In this document: positions 50,365-63,064 of the stretch, piece by piece
How positions within the stretch are numbered: the stretch's first letter is position 1
How the letters are laid out: every line of letters begins with the position of its first letter
Origin: Carcharhinus longimanus
Taxonomy: Eukaryota
NCBI GenBank assembly: GCA_030264375.1
Contig: JASCQW010000098.1
Coordinates: 45,154,745-45,218,744 of the forward strand
Length of the DNA stretch: 64,000 nt
Direction: 5' to 3'
Translations under genes and position numbers: made by a program
Notes under the pieces: generated by a model
Told to the model about the DNA's origin: nothing
What the model saw: only the letters and a program-made list of their open reading frames with translations
Database searches by the model: none

Positions 50365-51124
50365 NNNNNNNNNNNNNNNNNNNNNNNNNNNNNNNNNNNN
50401 NNNNNNNNNNNNNNNNNNNNNNNNNNNNNNNNNNNNNNNNNNNNNNNNNNNNNNNNNNNNNNNNNNNNNNNNNNNNNNNNNNNNNNNNNNNNNNNNNNNN
50501 NNNNNNNNNNNNNNNNNNNNNNNNNNNNNNNNNNNNNNNNNNNNNNNNNNNNNNNNNNNNNNNNNNNNNNNNNNNNNNNNNNNNNNNNNNNNNNNNNNNN
50601 NNNNNNNNNNNNNNNNNNNNNNNNNNNNNNNNNNNNNNNNNNNNNNNNNNNNNNNNNNNNNNNNNNNNNNNNNNNNNNNNNNNNNNNNNNNNNNNNNNNN
50701 NNNNNNNNNNNNNNNNNNNNNNNNNNNNNNNNNNNNNNNNNNNNNNNNNNNNNNNNNNNNNNNNNNNNNNNNNNNNNNNNNNNNNNNNNNNNNNNNNNNN
50801 NNNNNNNNNNNNNNNNNNNNNNNNNNNNNNNNNNNNNNNNNNNNNNNNNNNNNNNNNNNNNNNNNNNNNNNNNNNNNNNNNNNNNNNNNNNNNNNNNNNN
50901 NNNNNNNNNNNNNNNNNNNNNNNNNNNNNNNNNNNNNNNNNNNNNNNNNNNNNNNNNNNNNNNNNNNNNNNNNNNNNNNNNNNNNNNNNNNNNNNNNNNN
51001 NNNNNNNNNNNNNNNNNNNNNNNNNNNNNNNNNNNNNNNNNNNNNNNNNNNNNNNNNNNNNNNNNNNNNNNNNNNNNNNNNNNNNNNNNNNNNNNNNNNN
51101 NNNNNNNNNNNNNNNNNNNNNNNN

Positions 51125-52940
51125 AGTGATAGACAGAGCTAAGCGATCCCACAGCCAACGGATCAGATCAAAGTTCTCTAGACCTGTGCTACATCCAGTC
51201 GAGAATGGTGGTAGACAATTAAACAACTCACTGGAGGAGGAGGCTGCACAAATATCCCCATCCTCAATGATGGAGGAGCCCAGCAAATCAGTGCAAAAGA
51301 TAAGGCTGAAGTATTCACAGCAATCTTCAGCCAGAAGTGCCAAATGGATGATCCATCTTGGCCTCCTTCAATGCTTCCCAGCATCTCAGATGCCAGTCTC
51401 CAGCCAATTTGATTCACTCCATGTGATATCAAGAAACGGTTGGAGGCACTGGATACTGCAAAGGCAATGGACCCTGATAACATGCCAGCAATAATACTGG
51501 AAGACTTGTGCTCCAGAACTTGACACTCTTCCAACACAGTTAGAACACTGGCATCTACTCAACAATGTGAAAAATTGCCCAGGTATGTCCTGTACACAAA
51601 AAGGACAAATCCAACTCAGCCAATTACTGCCCAATCTACTCTCAGATCATCAGTAAAGTGATGAAAGGGATGATCAACAATGCTATCAAGCAGCACCTGC
51701 TCAGCAATAACCGACTGAGTGTCTCCCAGTTTGAGTTTTGNNNNNNNNNNNNNNNNNNNNNNNNNNNNNNNNNNNNNNNNNNNNNNNNNNNNNNNNNNNN
51801 NNNNNNNNNNNNNNNNNNNNNNNNNNNNNNNNNTTGACATCCAAGTCACATTTGACTGACTGTGGCATCAAAGACCCTAGTGAAACTGGAATCAATGGGT
51901 ATCAGGGGGGCAAACTCTCTGCTGGTTGGAGTCATACCTGGTACATAGGAAGATGTTTGTGGTTGTGGAGGTTCACTCATCTCAGCTCCCAAGACTTCTC
52001 TGTAGGAGTCCCTCAGGGTAGTGTCCTGGGCCGAACAATCTTCAGCTGCTTCATCAATGATCTTCCCTCTGTCATAAGGTCAGAAGGGGTGTTCACCGGT
52101 GATTGCGCAATGTTCAGCACTGAAGCTGTCTATGTTCAAATGCAACAATCCAGGCTTGAGCTGAGGAGTGGCAAGTAACATTCACGCCACACAATGCCTG
52201 GTAATGATCATCACCAATAAGAGACACTCTAACTACCACCCCTTAACATTCAATGGTGTAACCATCACTGAATCTCCCACTGTCAACATCCTTGGAGTTA
52301 CCATTGACCAGAAACTCAACTGGACACACTACATAAACAGAATGGCTCTGAGAGCAGGTCAGAGGCTAGGAATANNNNNNNNNNNNNNNNNNNNNNNNNN
52401 NNNNNNNNNNNNNNNNNNNNNNNNNNNNNNNNNNNNGGAGTGTGATGGAATACTCCCCACTTGCCTAGATGGGTGCAGCTCCAACAACACTCAAGAAGCT
52501 TGACACCATCCAGGACAAAGCAGCCCACTTGATTCGCACGACATCTACAAACACTGAATCCCTCCACCACCGATGCTCAGTAACAGCATTGTATACTATC
52601 TGCAAGATGCACTACAGCAATTCACTGAAGATCCTTAGACAGAACCTTCCAAACCCACAACCACTTCCATCTAAAAGGACAAGGGTAAAAGATAAATGGG
52701 AACACATCACCTGCAAGTTCCCACCCAAGCCACTTACCATCCTAACTTGGATATTCCTTCTCAGCTGCTGTGTCAAAATCCTGGAATTCCCTCCCTACCG
52801 GGATTGTGGGTCAACCCTCAGAACATGGACTGCGGTGATTCAAGGCGGCAGCTCACCACCATCTTCAAGGGCAACTAGGGATGGGCAATAAATACTGGCT
52901 CACCAGCCAGCGACACCCATCTACCACAAATGAATGAAAA
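51125..52940 (+). mobile_element. Crack-like LINE, ~1.8-kb RT and 3' end
   Basis: GVPQGSVLGRTIFSCFINDLP, LGVTIDQKLNWTHYI, LKKLDTIQDKAAHLI. Confidence 0.92.
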
Positions 52941-53689
52941 GTAATAACAACATTTCTGTTGGGAAGCCAGAATAGGAGGACAAAAATCTTATCCAAGATG
53001 TAGAATCATACAGATCATTCATAACAAAGTTTTCACTTGCATCCTTACACAAGCAAAAGAAAATGAAGAATGTGCTAAAAATCAGAGAATACTGTGAAAA
53101 TGGATGGCTAGATAACGTTCCTAACAATAGCATCCCATACAGAACTTCAAGCAATGCAGACATCTCAGTTTTTTGTATAGCTCATTAATCTATGATGAGA
53201 CGTTAGTCATACAAAGAGTCATCAGAACTGAATTTCTTCACAGAATACACCAGGGACATTGCCATGCTAAAGATATTGCAGTTTGTGGCCAGGAATGTAA
53301 AAAAAAAAATCACTAGAGGACGTGAGTTCACTCTGCATCGCTTGTGCAATTCATCAGCAAGAACAGAACAAATCTTTAGTAGCATTGTGACGGCCATCCA
53401 GATTCTGAGGTTTCTTGGAATTGATCTATTCGGGCTCCAGGGGAAGACATTACTTATACTTATTGATTATTACTCCAGATTCATTGAAATTTAAACATCC
53501 TCATGGAGCAATCTCAGAATGCAGTCATCAATTCACAAATAATCTTTTGCTACACATGACATTCCAGAACTTATCACTTCGGACAATGCTCTAATTTGGG
53601 AAAGAGGGGTTAAAGACATTTATAGACAACTATGGACTTGACCACACTAGTTCACCCAGCAAATGGTGCTCAACAAGCAAATAATGAAG

Positions 53690-54305
53690 TCTTTGATTTG
53701 ATTTATTGTCACACCTATTGGGAGGCAGTGATAAGTATTGTTTCTTGTGTGCTATACAGACAAAGCCTTCCGTTCATAGAGTACATGGAGAAAAACAAAA
53801 GGAAAGGATTCAAAATATGATGTTGCAGTTACAGATAGGGTGTAGAGAAAGATCAGCTTAATATATGGTAGGTCCATTCAAAGGTCTGATGGCATCAGAG
53901 AAGCAGCAAATCTTGCGTTTGTTGGTACGTGTTCAGACTTCTGCAACTTTTTCCTCAGCAGAAGACAGTATGTCCGGGTGCCTGGAGTCCTCGATTGTGG
54001 TGGTTGCTTTTCTGAAGTCAATGGATGGGAGGATGGTTTAAGAAATGAACTGGGCTTCGTTCATAACCTTTTGCAGTTTCTTGCAATCTTTGTCAGAACA
54101 GGAACCATACCAAGCTGTGATACATCTAGAAAAGTTGCTTTCTATAGTGCATCTGTAAAAAATTGGTGAGAGTCACAGCGGACATGCCAAATTTCCTGAG
54201 CCTTAAGAAGTAGAGGCATTGGCGGGCTTTCTTAACTATAGCATCAGCGTGAAGGGACCAGGTTGTTGGTGACCTGGGGCCCAGAAGCTTGAAGCACTCG
54301 ACCAC
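53690..54305 (-). mobile_element. Rex1/Babar LINE 3' end
   Basis: IVKKARQCLYFLRLRKFGMS; tail GTGACAATAAATCAAATC. Confidence 0.85.
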
Positions 54306-54314
54306 TGAGAGGAA

Positions 54315-54690
54315 TAAGTACAATCAAAGCCTTGTTGAAAAAGGATGGTCATCTCAATTTAATATTCCATTATCTATTTCGACTAGGTAAGATCTTGGAC
54401 TGTGTGTCTTTGCCAGTATTTGGCTGGCTCAAATTGTGATCACAAAGACAGACTGGTTCATCTGGTTGAAATTTTGGTGATGTTTGTAATTCTTTTATCT
54501 GATTTTCACAATATTCATCCTCCTCCCTTACACTCAATGTCAAGAGGATTTTAAACATAGCATGAGCACGTGGAACAGGAAATTGTGTGCATAATGTTTT
54601 TCCCATCAGCAATTCTGAAGGAGTTAACTAACTCCTTCTGTATTCATATGGAATGGTAGCTCAATAGCGCTAAACTGCAAATCCTTCCCA
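54315..54690 (-). mobile_element. Gypsy integrase C-terminal segment on the opposite strand
   Basis: LALLSYHS...LTPSELLMGKTLCTQFP...FQPDEPV...PRSYLVE on the minus strand. Confidence 0.75.
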
Positions 54691-55654
54691 GCCCGAGATA
54701 CACACCTTCACACTCAATTGGCTCATCTTCCTATCTCGACACTCCATAGGGTCTGACCTGACCACATAGCCTTCAGGAACACCACCTTAAAAGGGGCTAT
54801 GCTACCATACTATCTCTCTCCCACCCCGACTATATCCTGACGTTATCTACTCTCACACTGTCCCCATCTCTGCCTTAAATAAAACAGTGTAGATAGCAGC
54901 GTACTTGTAATCAGCCCAAGTTTATACCTTGACAGGTGCTGGCAAAACTACAGCCATTTCTGGTAAACTGCAACTTCCAGGCTCCAGCTCACTATAAGTT
55001 GTTATTCCTTTTTCAATTTGGCCAAATGTCTCAGTTTTGACTGCTATTGGGACTACAAGATCCAAGCCATAATTTTATGTCAAGTTGTCTTATATATCTG
55101 TTGTCAGGTTCAATAATTAGAAAATAATAGTTTGTAACCTTGGCCAATAACTCTTACAGATATTACCCCAGTGTTTGCAGCACAAATAACACAAACTTAC
55201 AATATTGGTCATTATTAAGGAACAAACAAACAATAGTGTCGGCAATTACACAGTTAAATGCTAAAATCATTCAGAAGCATCATGTAACAATTTATCACAC
55301 CTTAACTCACCAGAATCACTTTCACACTCCAAATCTAATTGCCCCAACAGTAAATAATTAGCCCTACCTGATTCACAACCAGATCTAAACAGCAATATAG
55401 TTCTGCATAAAGACAAGTGGATGGACTGTGAACAGAACAAATGAAAGAGAAGATCATAAGCAGGCTTTCCCTGTATGCAGAGTGCTCCCCAGTAAGGGCT
55501 AAAGACACAATTTGAGCAGGATGCTACAGGAGATGTTGATGTTCAAGTGTCTATGCGTCAGTGGTGATGTCCATTCTGTTGGTAGTGTGCGAGAACTGCA
55601 ACTCTACAAATGCTTGGTGGCTTTAAAAGAGTGTGAGATGGAATTAAGGAGAAT

Positions 55655-55730
55655 TGTAACTTGTCCTGGTGGAGTGGATGATGTCATTCATCCTCCTCCT
55701 GCACTACAGACTGTCAACAGGCATTAATCT
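55655..55730 (-). pseudogene. Short Harbinger Myb/SANT-like remnant
   Basis: CRRRMNDIIHSTR (cf. QCRKRMNDLIRSAR). Confidence 0.5.
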
Positions 55731-56649
55731 CCTTTTATATAACAATGACAATCCAACATGCACGCACACACAGCATTTCACTCAGACCACAGTTTTGACA
55801 ATAAAAACAATTACCAAAAACTGTGCCTTTTTGTAGTTCTCAAATATTGTGGGTTGAACATTGCTAATAAGGCTTTGCTATGGAGATAAGCTTACCAGTC
55901 TATAAAGGGAGCTAATTTAGATCAGCAAAGACATGGACAAAGGATGAAGGGTGAGCAGAAGTTGTTGCTCACAAAGATGAATACAAGCCACAGAATTTTG
56001 GATGATCTATTTTACAGGCTGGGAGATGATCAGCAGATGAATAACCAAGGCTGGAAGCTAAGGGTTTCAGCAACAGATATTCCAAAGAGAAAGAACATAC
56101 TATTTATGACAGAGAGAATATAGGATCAAAAGCTCAAAGCTGGCTAAATGGAATACCAAATTTACTAACAGTCCAGTTTCACAAAAGGTAGTGTTGAGGG
56201 TATGGAGATCATGGCAGGAACTGAAGACGATGGTGCGAAACAGGTCAGCACCACTGTGGGGAAAACAGGAGAAGGGGGAACTGGGACAGTTTCATTCAAG
56301 GAAAGCAAGGGCAGGGTGTGAGACAGCTCAACATCACTGAATTGAAAGAGGGAAAGGGACAGTGAGTCAAGAGTTTACAAGCTTGTAAGTATTGCTTTTC
56401 CTTTCTCCAAGGTTACACTTGGTGAATAGGGGCGAACAACAAGAATGGAGCTGGACTACCCATCCCCATCAAGAATCAGTTTGTGAACTCAGAGCTTGTA
56501 ATTTGAAAGAAAAGTGGAAGTATGACAGAGAACTCAGTCTCTTGTTGAAACCATCCACCAGAAATTTGTCACAAGGGGCCAACCAATCTCACTGAAACTT
56601 TCTCACAAAAGTTTCCAGTCTCCATATTTGAAGATCTGAGTTTGGAATT

Positions 56650-57310
56650 CTTTCCAAACATCACTCCAATTCAAACGGTTATGTGTCATCCACAAGCTTG
56701 CAGGCCAGTCAATTTAACTTTGTTGGCAAGCCTTCTAAAAGCAATAATTCGGGACAAATTTAATAATCACAATGGACAAATGTGGGTTAGGGGAACAGTG
56801 CTCCGAAAGCTAGTGATGGTTGCTACCAAATAAACCTGTTGGAGTGAGACTTCTTACTTAATAAATATGTGCTGGTTTTTCTTAATCAAGAACTCATCGT
56901 GTTTAACTTATTTAAGAAACAGTTGAGAGAGTTGATGAAATCAATGCTGTCAATATGATGTACATGGGCTTGCAAAAGACATGTGATGATGAAGTGCCAC
57001 ACAACAGCCTGGTAGGCAAGGTTAGCTCATGGAATGAAAGAGAAAATAGCAATACTGGTCCAAAATTGGCACAGCATAGCAAACATAGTAGTGGTTATTG
57101 GATGCTTGTCAGACTGGAGGAAGGTTTTTTGGGGGCGAATTCCCCAGGGGTCAATGTTGTGACCTTTGCTCCTCCCAATATATATTTATGACCTAGGCTT
57201 TGACATACAGGGGGTGATTTCAAAATCTGTAGACGAATTGAACCTTGGAAGAATTGCCAAAGAAGGTAGACAAATTGGTGGAAAGGGAAGGCAAGTGGCA
57301 GATATAGTTT
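56650..57310 (+). mobile_element. Old CR1 RT fragment with a small PLE family A piece at ~56790-56858
   Basis: RPVNLT, MYMGLQKTCD; GCTCCGAAAGCTAGTG...AATAAACCTGTTGG. Confidence 0.75.
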
Positions 57311-57328
57311 TTTTTAAAAGAACTATTT

Positions 57329-57582
57329 ACATAAGAAATAGGAGCAGGAGTAGGCCAACTAGCCCTTCGAGCCTGCCCCGCCATTCAATAAGATCATGGC
57401 TGATCNNNNNNNNNNNNNNNNNNNNNNNNNNNNNNNNNNNNNNNNNNNNNNNNNNNNNNNNNNNNNNNNNNNNNNNNNNNNNNNNNNNNNNNNNNNNNNN
57501 NNNNNCCACCTCTATCCTATCCATCCCATTCATCATCTTATACGTCTCAATGAGATCTCCCCTCATTCTTCTAAACTCTAAC
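57329..57582 (-). mobile_element. Young CR1 3' fragment
   Basis: MRGDLIETYKMMNGMDRIEV; near-identical to 20533. Confidence 0.9.
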
Positions 57583-59879
57583 TTTTGTCTGTTCTATATA
57601 CAGGGTTATTGCATTGTAAGCGTTATTTTTACCAGTAATCTAGAAGCTGGAGGAAGTATTCAAAATGGTGGCTCACGTCAACTTCCCTGCACGTTTGGAG
57701 ACCTATGATTTTTTTTTCCTTTATCCTACCTTCCAATAATATATTTTGTTGATACCTACTTCAAACATTTCCCATTCAGTGTTTCCTTTTATCTATCCAA
57801 TTTCCTTGTTTTTAATTTACACATTCCCCAGCCCTTCAGCTGTAGTTGATTACTGATTTGTAAATACGGAATTTGCACCAAGAAGAAATATGTATACACA
57901 TGGTACAGGAAATGCCATGTAATGAACAAAATCACCTCTGGGTGTAACACTATTATTTACAGAATTAACTAGGAAATAGTTTCCCACTTTGGACTTTCAG
58001 AACAGAGCATGACACAATAGTCAGTCATTTGGTAATACAAACATTACAACATAAAGAGAGGCAGTCAAACCAGTTTAACGCACTAGAAACTGTAGGATAA
58101 ATTCTGATTCACCAGTTGCTCATTAGCATTTATCATGAGACCAACCCATTGTAACAGTCATTGCTCAACCGGGGAATTCTCAAAACCAAAATGCACATCC
58201 TGAGACACAAAAGTATTTTCATAAACCAAAAACAATAAAAGAAAATGCAAGAACTATGAAACAGCACATACAATAAAGACAGACGTCATTAGATTTTTTT
58301 TTTCTGAGCCAAGTATATCCTTCCTTCAGTAAGAAGGCCAAAACTGTACTCATCAATTTTTCAGTTGTAAAACTAGATTATCACATGAAAAGACAAGTTT
58401 ACTAAAATTCAAGTTAGTTCATGGAATACTTCTTACTACATATATCCTGCTAAGATTCATGTCCACAATCTAAGTATTTGGAGTCTTTCCCATAATTAAA
58501 ATTATGCGGCAACGACACTTGCGAAGACTTCACCGCATTCTGTTTATGCTGAAACTTACAAACCACATGCCTTAATGTAAAATGAAGACAGTCGCTATTT
58601 TGTTTGAAGTTAATATTCCCATTTCCCACACCATCCATCCTGCAGGCTGTCAACAACATTAGGAAAACTTTCATTCCACAGACCAGAAATGCCCAAGCTT
58701 TAAATTTCCATGTACGCATGTACCATTGAACTGCAGTTCATGTGTCCCAAAATGTGCATATATATCTCTAGTTGTTGACCATAACAGACTTAGAACTTAT
58801 CTATCAAAATGAAAAAGTCACTAAAATTGCTCTCTTCAAAACTTTCAGACCTACAAAATTCAAACGCACAACTTAGCAAATAAGAAACTAATATGCAAAA
58901 TGGACTGAATTGTTTTAGTAATATAGGGACAAATAGCCAGTTTTAAGACCCTATCTGATCCATGACACACAATTTGGACGCTTATTATAGATACATACTC
59001 CTGAGAAACTGGATCAGGACTGTCTAAACTAATAGAAGACTTTACCCAAGGAAGATCTAAACTCAGATTGCAGGGTTGAAAGAATAATGTGCATCATTAG
59101 TTTGTCCCCAACTTTTCTGCTTATTGTATCCTGGGCCTACTTTTTTTTTTTTTACAAACTTTAAATATCAATTTATAACTTAAATTGGATAATACTGTCT
59201 GTAAGTAATGGTGACATTCCATCAGTACATACAAAAGTGCATATTAATAATGAGCAGATTAAGATTTGGATGGGCTGAATTAATAGACAAAACGTTCAAA
59301 AAACAAACTTGTCACCTTTGACTGTCACCTGCATCTCTGACATGACTAATCTCCCCAGCTATGAGCTTAGGCTAGGCCTAGATGTCCCACAAATATCAAG
59401 ATAAGGCCCTTCAGGTTACTTGTTCTCATCCTTCTAGAATTTACTTTTATTTTCCCATTACAAACTTATTACTCAAGTTCTATTTCTCAAATGTGATTCA
59501 ATTCCACATTATTTCAATCTTAGCTCAATCTTCATTACGCTTTTCCAATACTAGTTTGTTCTTTGTTAATCTCTCCACTCCACCATCTGCCGTCACTGAT
59601 TTAGGGGATTATCAAAGTACCTTCATTGCTGTGTTAATATAAGCCTACCTGTGACACTAATAAATAAACTTTAAACCTTTACTGTATTTAGTTTTCTGGA
59701 AATCGTTCCATTATATTTCTCCATCTGCCTTAAAGACCTTTCTAAAAGCACTTGTCTTCAATTATGCTTTCACCCATCTCTCAGGTTTAGGCCATGCAGC
59801 TTCTCAGGCCTATACTGCCAATCCAAAGTCATGGCTGATCTGTATCCCAATACTATTCACCTGGTGTGGGTACATAACC

Positions 59880-60290
59880 TTTGGTGGGTTACTTTCAAGT
59901 TGGCAATTTGCAATAAGTGAATTGCTGCAAGGATCAGTGCTTGGGCCTCCATCAATTACAATTTATGTCACTGGCTCAAATGAGGGGTCTGAGTGTAATA
60001 TAACCAAGTTTGCTGACAATACAAAACTTGTGGGAAAGTAAGCAGTGATAACTTAAAGTGGCTGAAAAGGCATAAAGACAGATTAAGTGAGTGGGTAAGA
60101 AGTTGGTAGATGGAGTCTAATGTAAGGAAATGTGAAATTATCTAGCTTAATAAGGAGAAAAGCAGAATATGTTTTTAAATAAGTGAGGAACTGATAAAAT
60201 TGATATTCAGGCAGAATGAGGGTTCTTGTACACAAATCACTGCAAGGTAACATGCAGATATAGATAACAGTTAGGAAAGTAAATAGTACT
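59880..60290 (+). mobile_element. Old CR1 RT fragment
   Basis: QGSVLGP, TKFADNTKL. Confidence 0.8.
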
Positions 60291-60548
60291 TTTTCAGTGG
60301 CTTGAAAGGATTAGAAAAGGACCAGAGTGGTAAAAAGAGTCGAGGTGCTTTTCATCCACAAAAAAAAAAAATCCCATAAGCATATTGAATGGTCTCACCT
60401 ATTCAACCTTGTGCTGCTCAAGTTCATGTACCAATTGCTGTGTGATGAAATAATTTCAAAGCCTACATTTTTTAAGACTAACTGAAATACGATGCAGGTC
60501 CATATTTCTGGGGGGCGGTGTTTGTTAATTGGATCACACCTCAGCCTC

Positions 60549-61040
60549 CTACACCAGAGAAAAAAGTCCCAGTCTATCCAGCCTCTCCTTATAATTCAAT
60601 CCATCAAGTCCCAGTAGCATCCTATTACTTCTTTTTTGCACTCTTTCTAGTTTAATAATATCCTTTCTATAATAAGGTGACCAGAATTGCACAGAGTATT
60701 CCAAGTGTGGCCTTACCAATGTCATGTACAACTTCAACAAGTCATTCCAACTCCTGTATTCAACGTTCTGATCAATGAAACCAAGCATGCCGAAGGCCTT
60801 CTTCATTACTCTATCCACCTGCGACTCCACTTTCAAGGAGCTATGAACATGTATCCCTAGATCTCTTTGTTCTGTAAGTCTCCCCAGTGCCCTGCCATTA
60901 ACTGAGTGAGTCCTGCCCTGGTTCAATCTACCAAAATGCATCACCTCGCATTTGTCTAAATTAAACTTCATCTGCCATTCGTCAGCCCACTGGCCCAATT
61001 GATTAAGATCCTGTTGCAATTGGAGATAACTTTCTTCACT
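60549..61040 (-). mobile_element. CR1 ORF2 fragment with uninterrupted frame
   Basis: WADEWQMKFNLDKCEVMHFG...[15 protein letters not shown]...YKERLDRLGLFSL. Confidence 0.92.
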
Positions 61041-62250
61041 GTCCAATGGCATTCTATCTGAAGTATCCAAATACAGAGGAATTCACATGGTTAGGAAATC
61101 CACTTACATCTTCTCCAATCTGGAACCAGCACATTGTTTTCCAAGATGACAAGGACTCACCTATGCAAACAGAAGGGAAATAAATCCATTGTGACAATCA
61201 TTGTCCTATTTCACTTCTCTCCACGTTCGAAAAATAAAGTGTAAAAGGGTTATTTTGAAAACAATTGTCACTCATTTTACATACTCTGCATATCCACAAA
61301 CACAATGTGGTTTTCATGCTGAGTGAGAAATAGTCAACATGCTCGCTGCAGCACATCAAATACAAGACAAGTCCAGCAAACAAAGCAAGGACATGAACAC
61401 GGCGTTCATTGACTTGACCAAAGCCTTCAACATAGTAAACCATGAAGGCTTACTGGAAGGTGCTGCATCACACTGACCATTTCATGATGGTCCGTGTGAT
61501 GCCTTATCAGATGCCTTTTCTGTCACCAACTTCAGCAATCAAGACTGCTCCGCTGGTCAGTTACTTTTCGACCATGTTCACGTGTGCACAAAAAGATCCT
61601 GATAGAGAAGTACAATTCAATCCAGGACCAACATCAATGTCAATCTACAAAAGGCTCAAGGAGCGCAAAACAGCTACTAAATGAACTCTTGTTTGCTCTT
61701 ATGCTCTAATGACACACACTCCAGAGGACACCTAACAGTTTGTTGACCACTTTTCCCAAACCTCAGAATACCCTGGCCTTACAATAAGCCTGAAAGATAC
61801 AGATCTTGTACCAAATTGGCCACAAACTCCAAGACCCCATAGTCACAATTAACAGTAGAACTTTTGAAATGAGCTGAGAGATCTGTTATCTTGGAAGAAT
61901 CCTCACCAATAATGCTATTTTGGATGAAGTCACCTGATAAATGCAATTACTATACAGCAGGCCATTGAACAGGTTTTGGAGACAGCATGGAGTGTATCTC
62001 AAAGCAAAGATCAAAATCTACCAGGCAATTGCTCCTACATCACTTCTGCGAGGTATGGACAACCTGCTGATGTCACACAGGGCAGCTAGTTGCAATCCAT
62101 TTTTGCTGTATAAGATCTGTCAGCAAGTGGAAGGACAAAATAAGGAACACTGTTTCTGCAAATGGTACATATCTGATAGCGAGAACTATCAGAACTCCAT
62201 TCCACTGGATCAGCCAAATGGTTTGCAGAGAGGTTTCTTGCACATCAAAC
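61041..62250 (+). mobile_element. RTE-clade LINE, decayed
   Basis: NGILSEVSKY, KQKGNKS..DNHCPISLLS, AFIDLTKAFNIVN, GLTISLK, CYLGRIL. Confidence 0.85.
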
Positions 62251-62469
62251 GCACCAAATTGAACCTGGGTCCCTGGCACTGTGAGGCAGCAGTACTAACC
62301 ACTGTGCCACCATGCCAACCATCAGGTTGCCTAAAGATTGGGCACCATTATTTAGGAAAAAAAAAACAANNNNNNNNNNNNNNNNNNNNNNNNNNNNNNN
62401 NNNNNNNNNNNNNNNNNNNNNNNNNNNNNNNNNNNNNNNNNNNNNNNNNNNNNNNNNNNNNNNNNNNNN

Positions 62470-63050
62470 CCAACAGGAAGGGAACAGTCTTGCCTGGTGA
62501 TTGTCGAGCGATGTTCATTCATCCGTTGTCATAGCGTCTGCATGGTTTCCCCAATGTACCATGCTTCGGGACATCCAGCGTATCAGGTAGACAATGTTGG
62601 CTGAGTTACAAGAGTATTTACCGTGTACCTGGTGGATGGTGTTCTCATGTGAGGTGATGGTGTCCATGTCGATGATCCGACACGTCTTGCAGAGATTGCT
62701 GAGGCAGGGTTGTGTGGTGTCGTGGTCACTGTTCTGGAGGCTGGGTAGTTGGCTGTGAACAGTGATCTGTTTGAGGTTGTGCAGTTGTTCGAAGGCAAGA
62801 AGTGGGGGTGTGGGGATGGCCTTGGCGAGATGTTTGTCTTCATCAATGATATGTTGAAGACTCCAGAGAAGATGTCGTAGCTTCTCCACTCCGGGGAAGT
62901 ACTGGATGACAAAGGATATCTGTCCGCCATGTCCTGTGTTTGTCTTCTGAGGAGATCGGTGGGTTTATCACTGTGGCACTTTGGAACTGTCAATTGATGA
63001 GTGAAGCACCATATCCTGTTCTTATGGTGGGCATCTTTCAGCATCTGGAG
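62470..63050 (-). mobile_element. Penelope-like family A, RT C-terminus and GIY-YIG
   Basis: PPLLAFEQLHNLKQ...PCLSNLCKTC...YSCNSANIVYLIR, then WYIGETMQTL. Confidence 0.92.
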
Positions 63051-63064
63051 GTGTCTATTGCTAC

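Larger units (their letters stand above)
46650..54934 (+). mobile_element. Decayed Gypsy/Ty3 provirus (gag-PR-RT-RH-INT) with at least six nested insertions
   Basis: gag EEHVSTLLCAIG and IEQAKFN; zinc knuckle FACKKRGHF*SVC (~48050-48090); protease FLGQV...FKLN; RT DEESMLLTTFITPFG (ORF 48927); INT LGIDLF...IDYYSRFIEI and IPELITSDN; LTR-like end with AATAAA ~54878 and terminal TGACA. Confidence 0.85.

Noticed and set aside
50016-51494. 492-aa and overlapping 286-334-aa ORFs
   Set aside because: Artefacts of a 760-N gap joining a Rex/Babar fragment to a Crack-like LINE.
8649-56858. Recurrent GTTGGACTTTAACCTGGTGTTG repeats as a CRISPR-like array
   Set aside because: Dispersed on both strands with no regular spacers; explained as Penelope terminal repeats in a vertebrate genome.
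60549-61070. 173-aa intact ORF
   Set aside because: Internal CR1 ORF2 fragment truncated at both ends; not a host gene.
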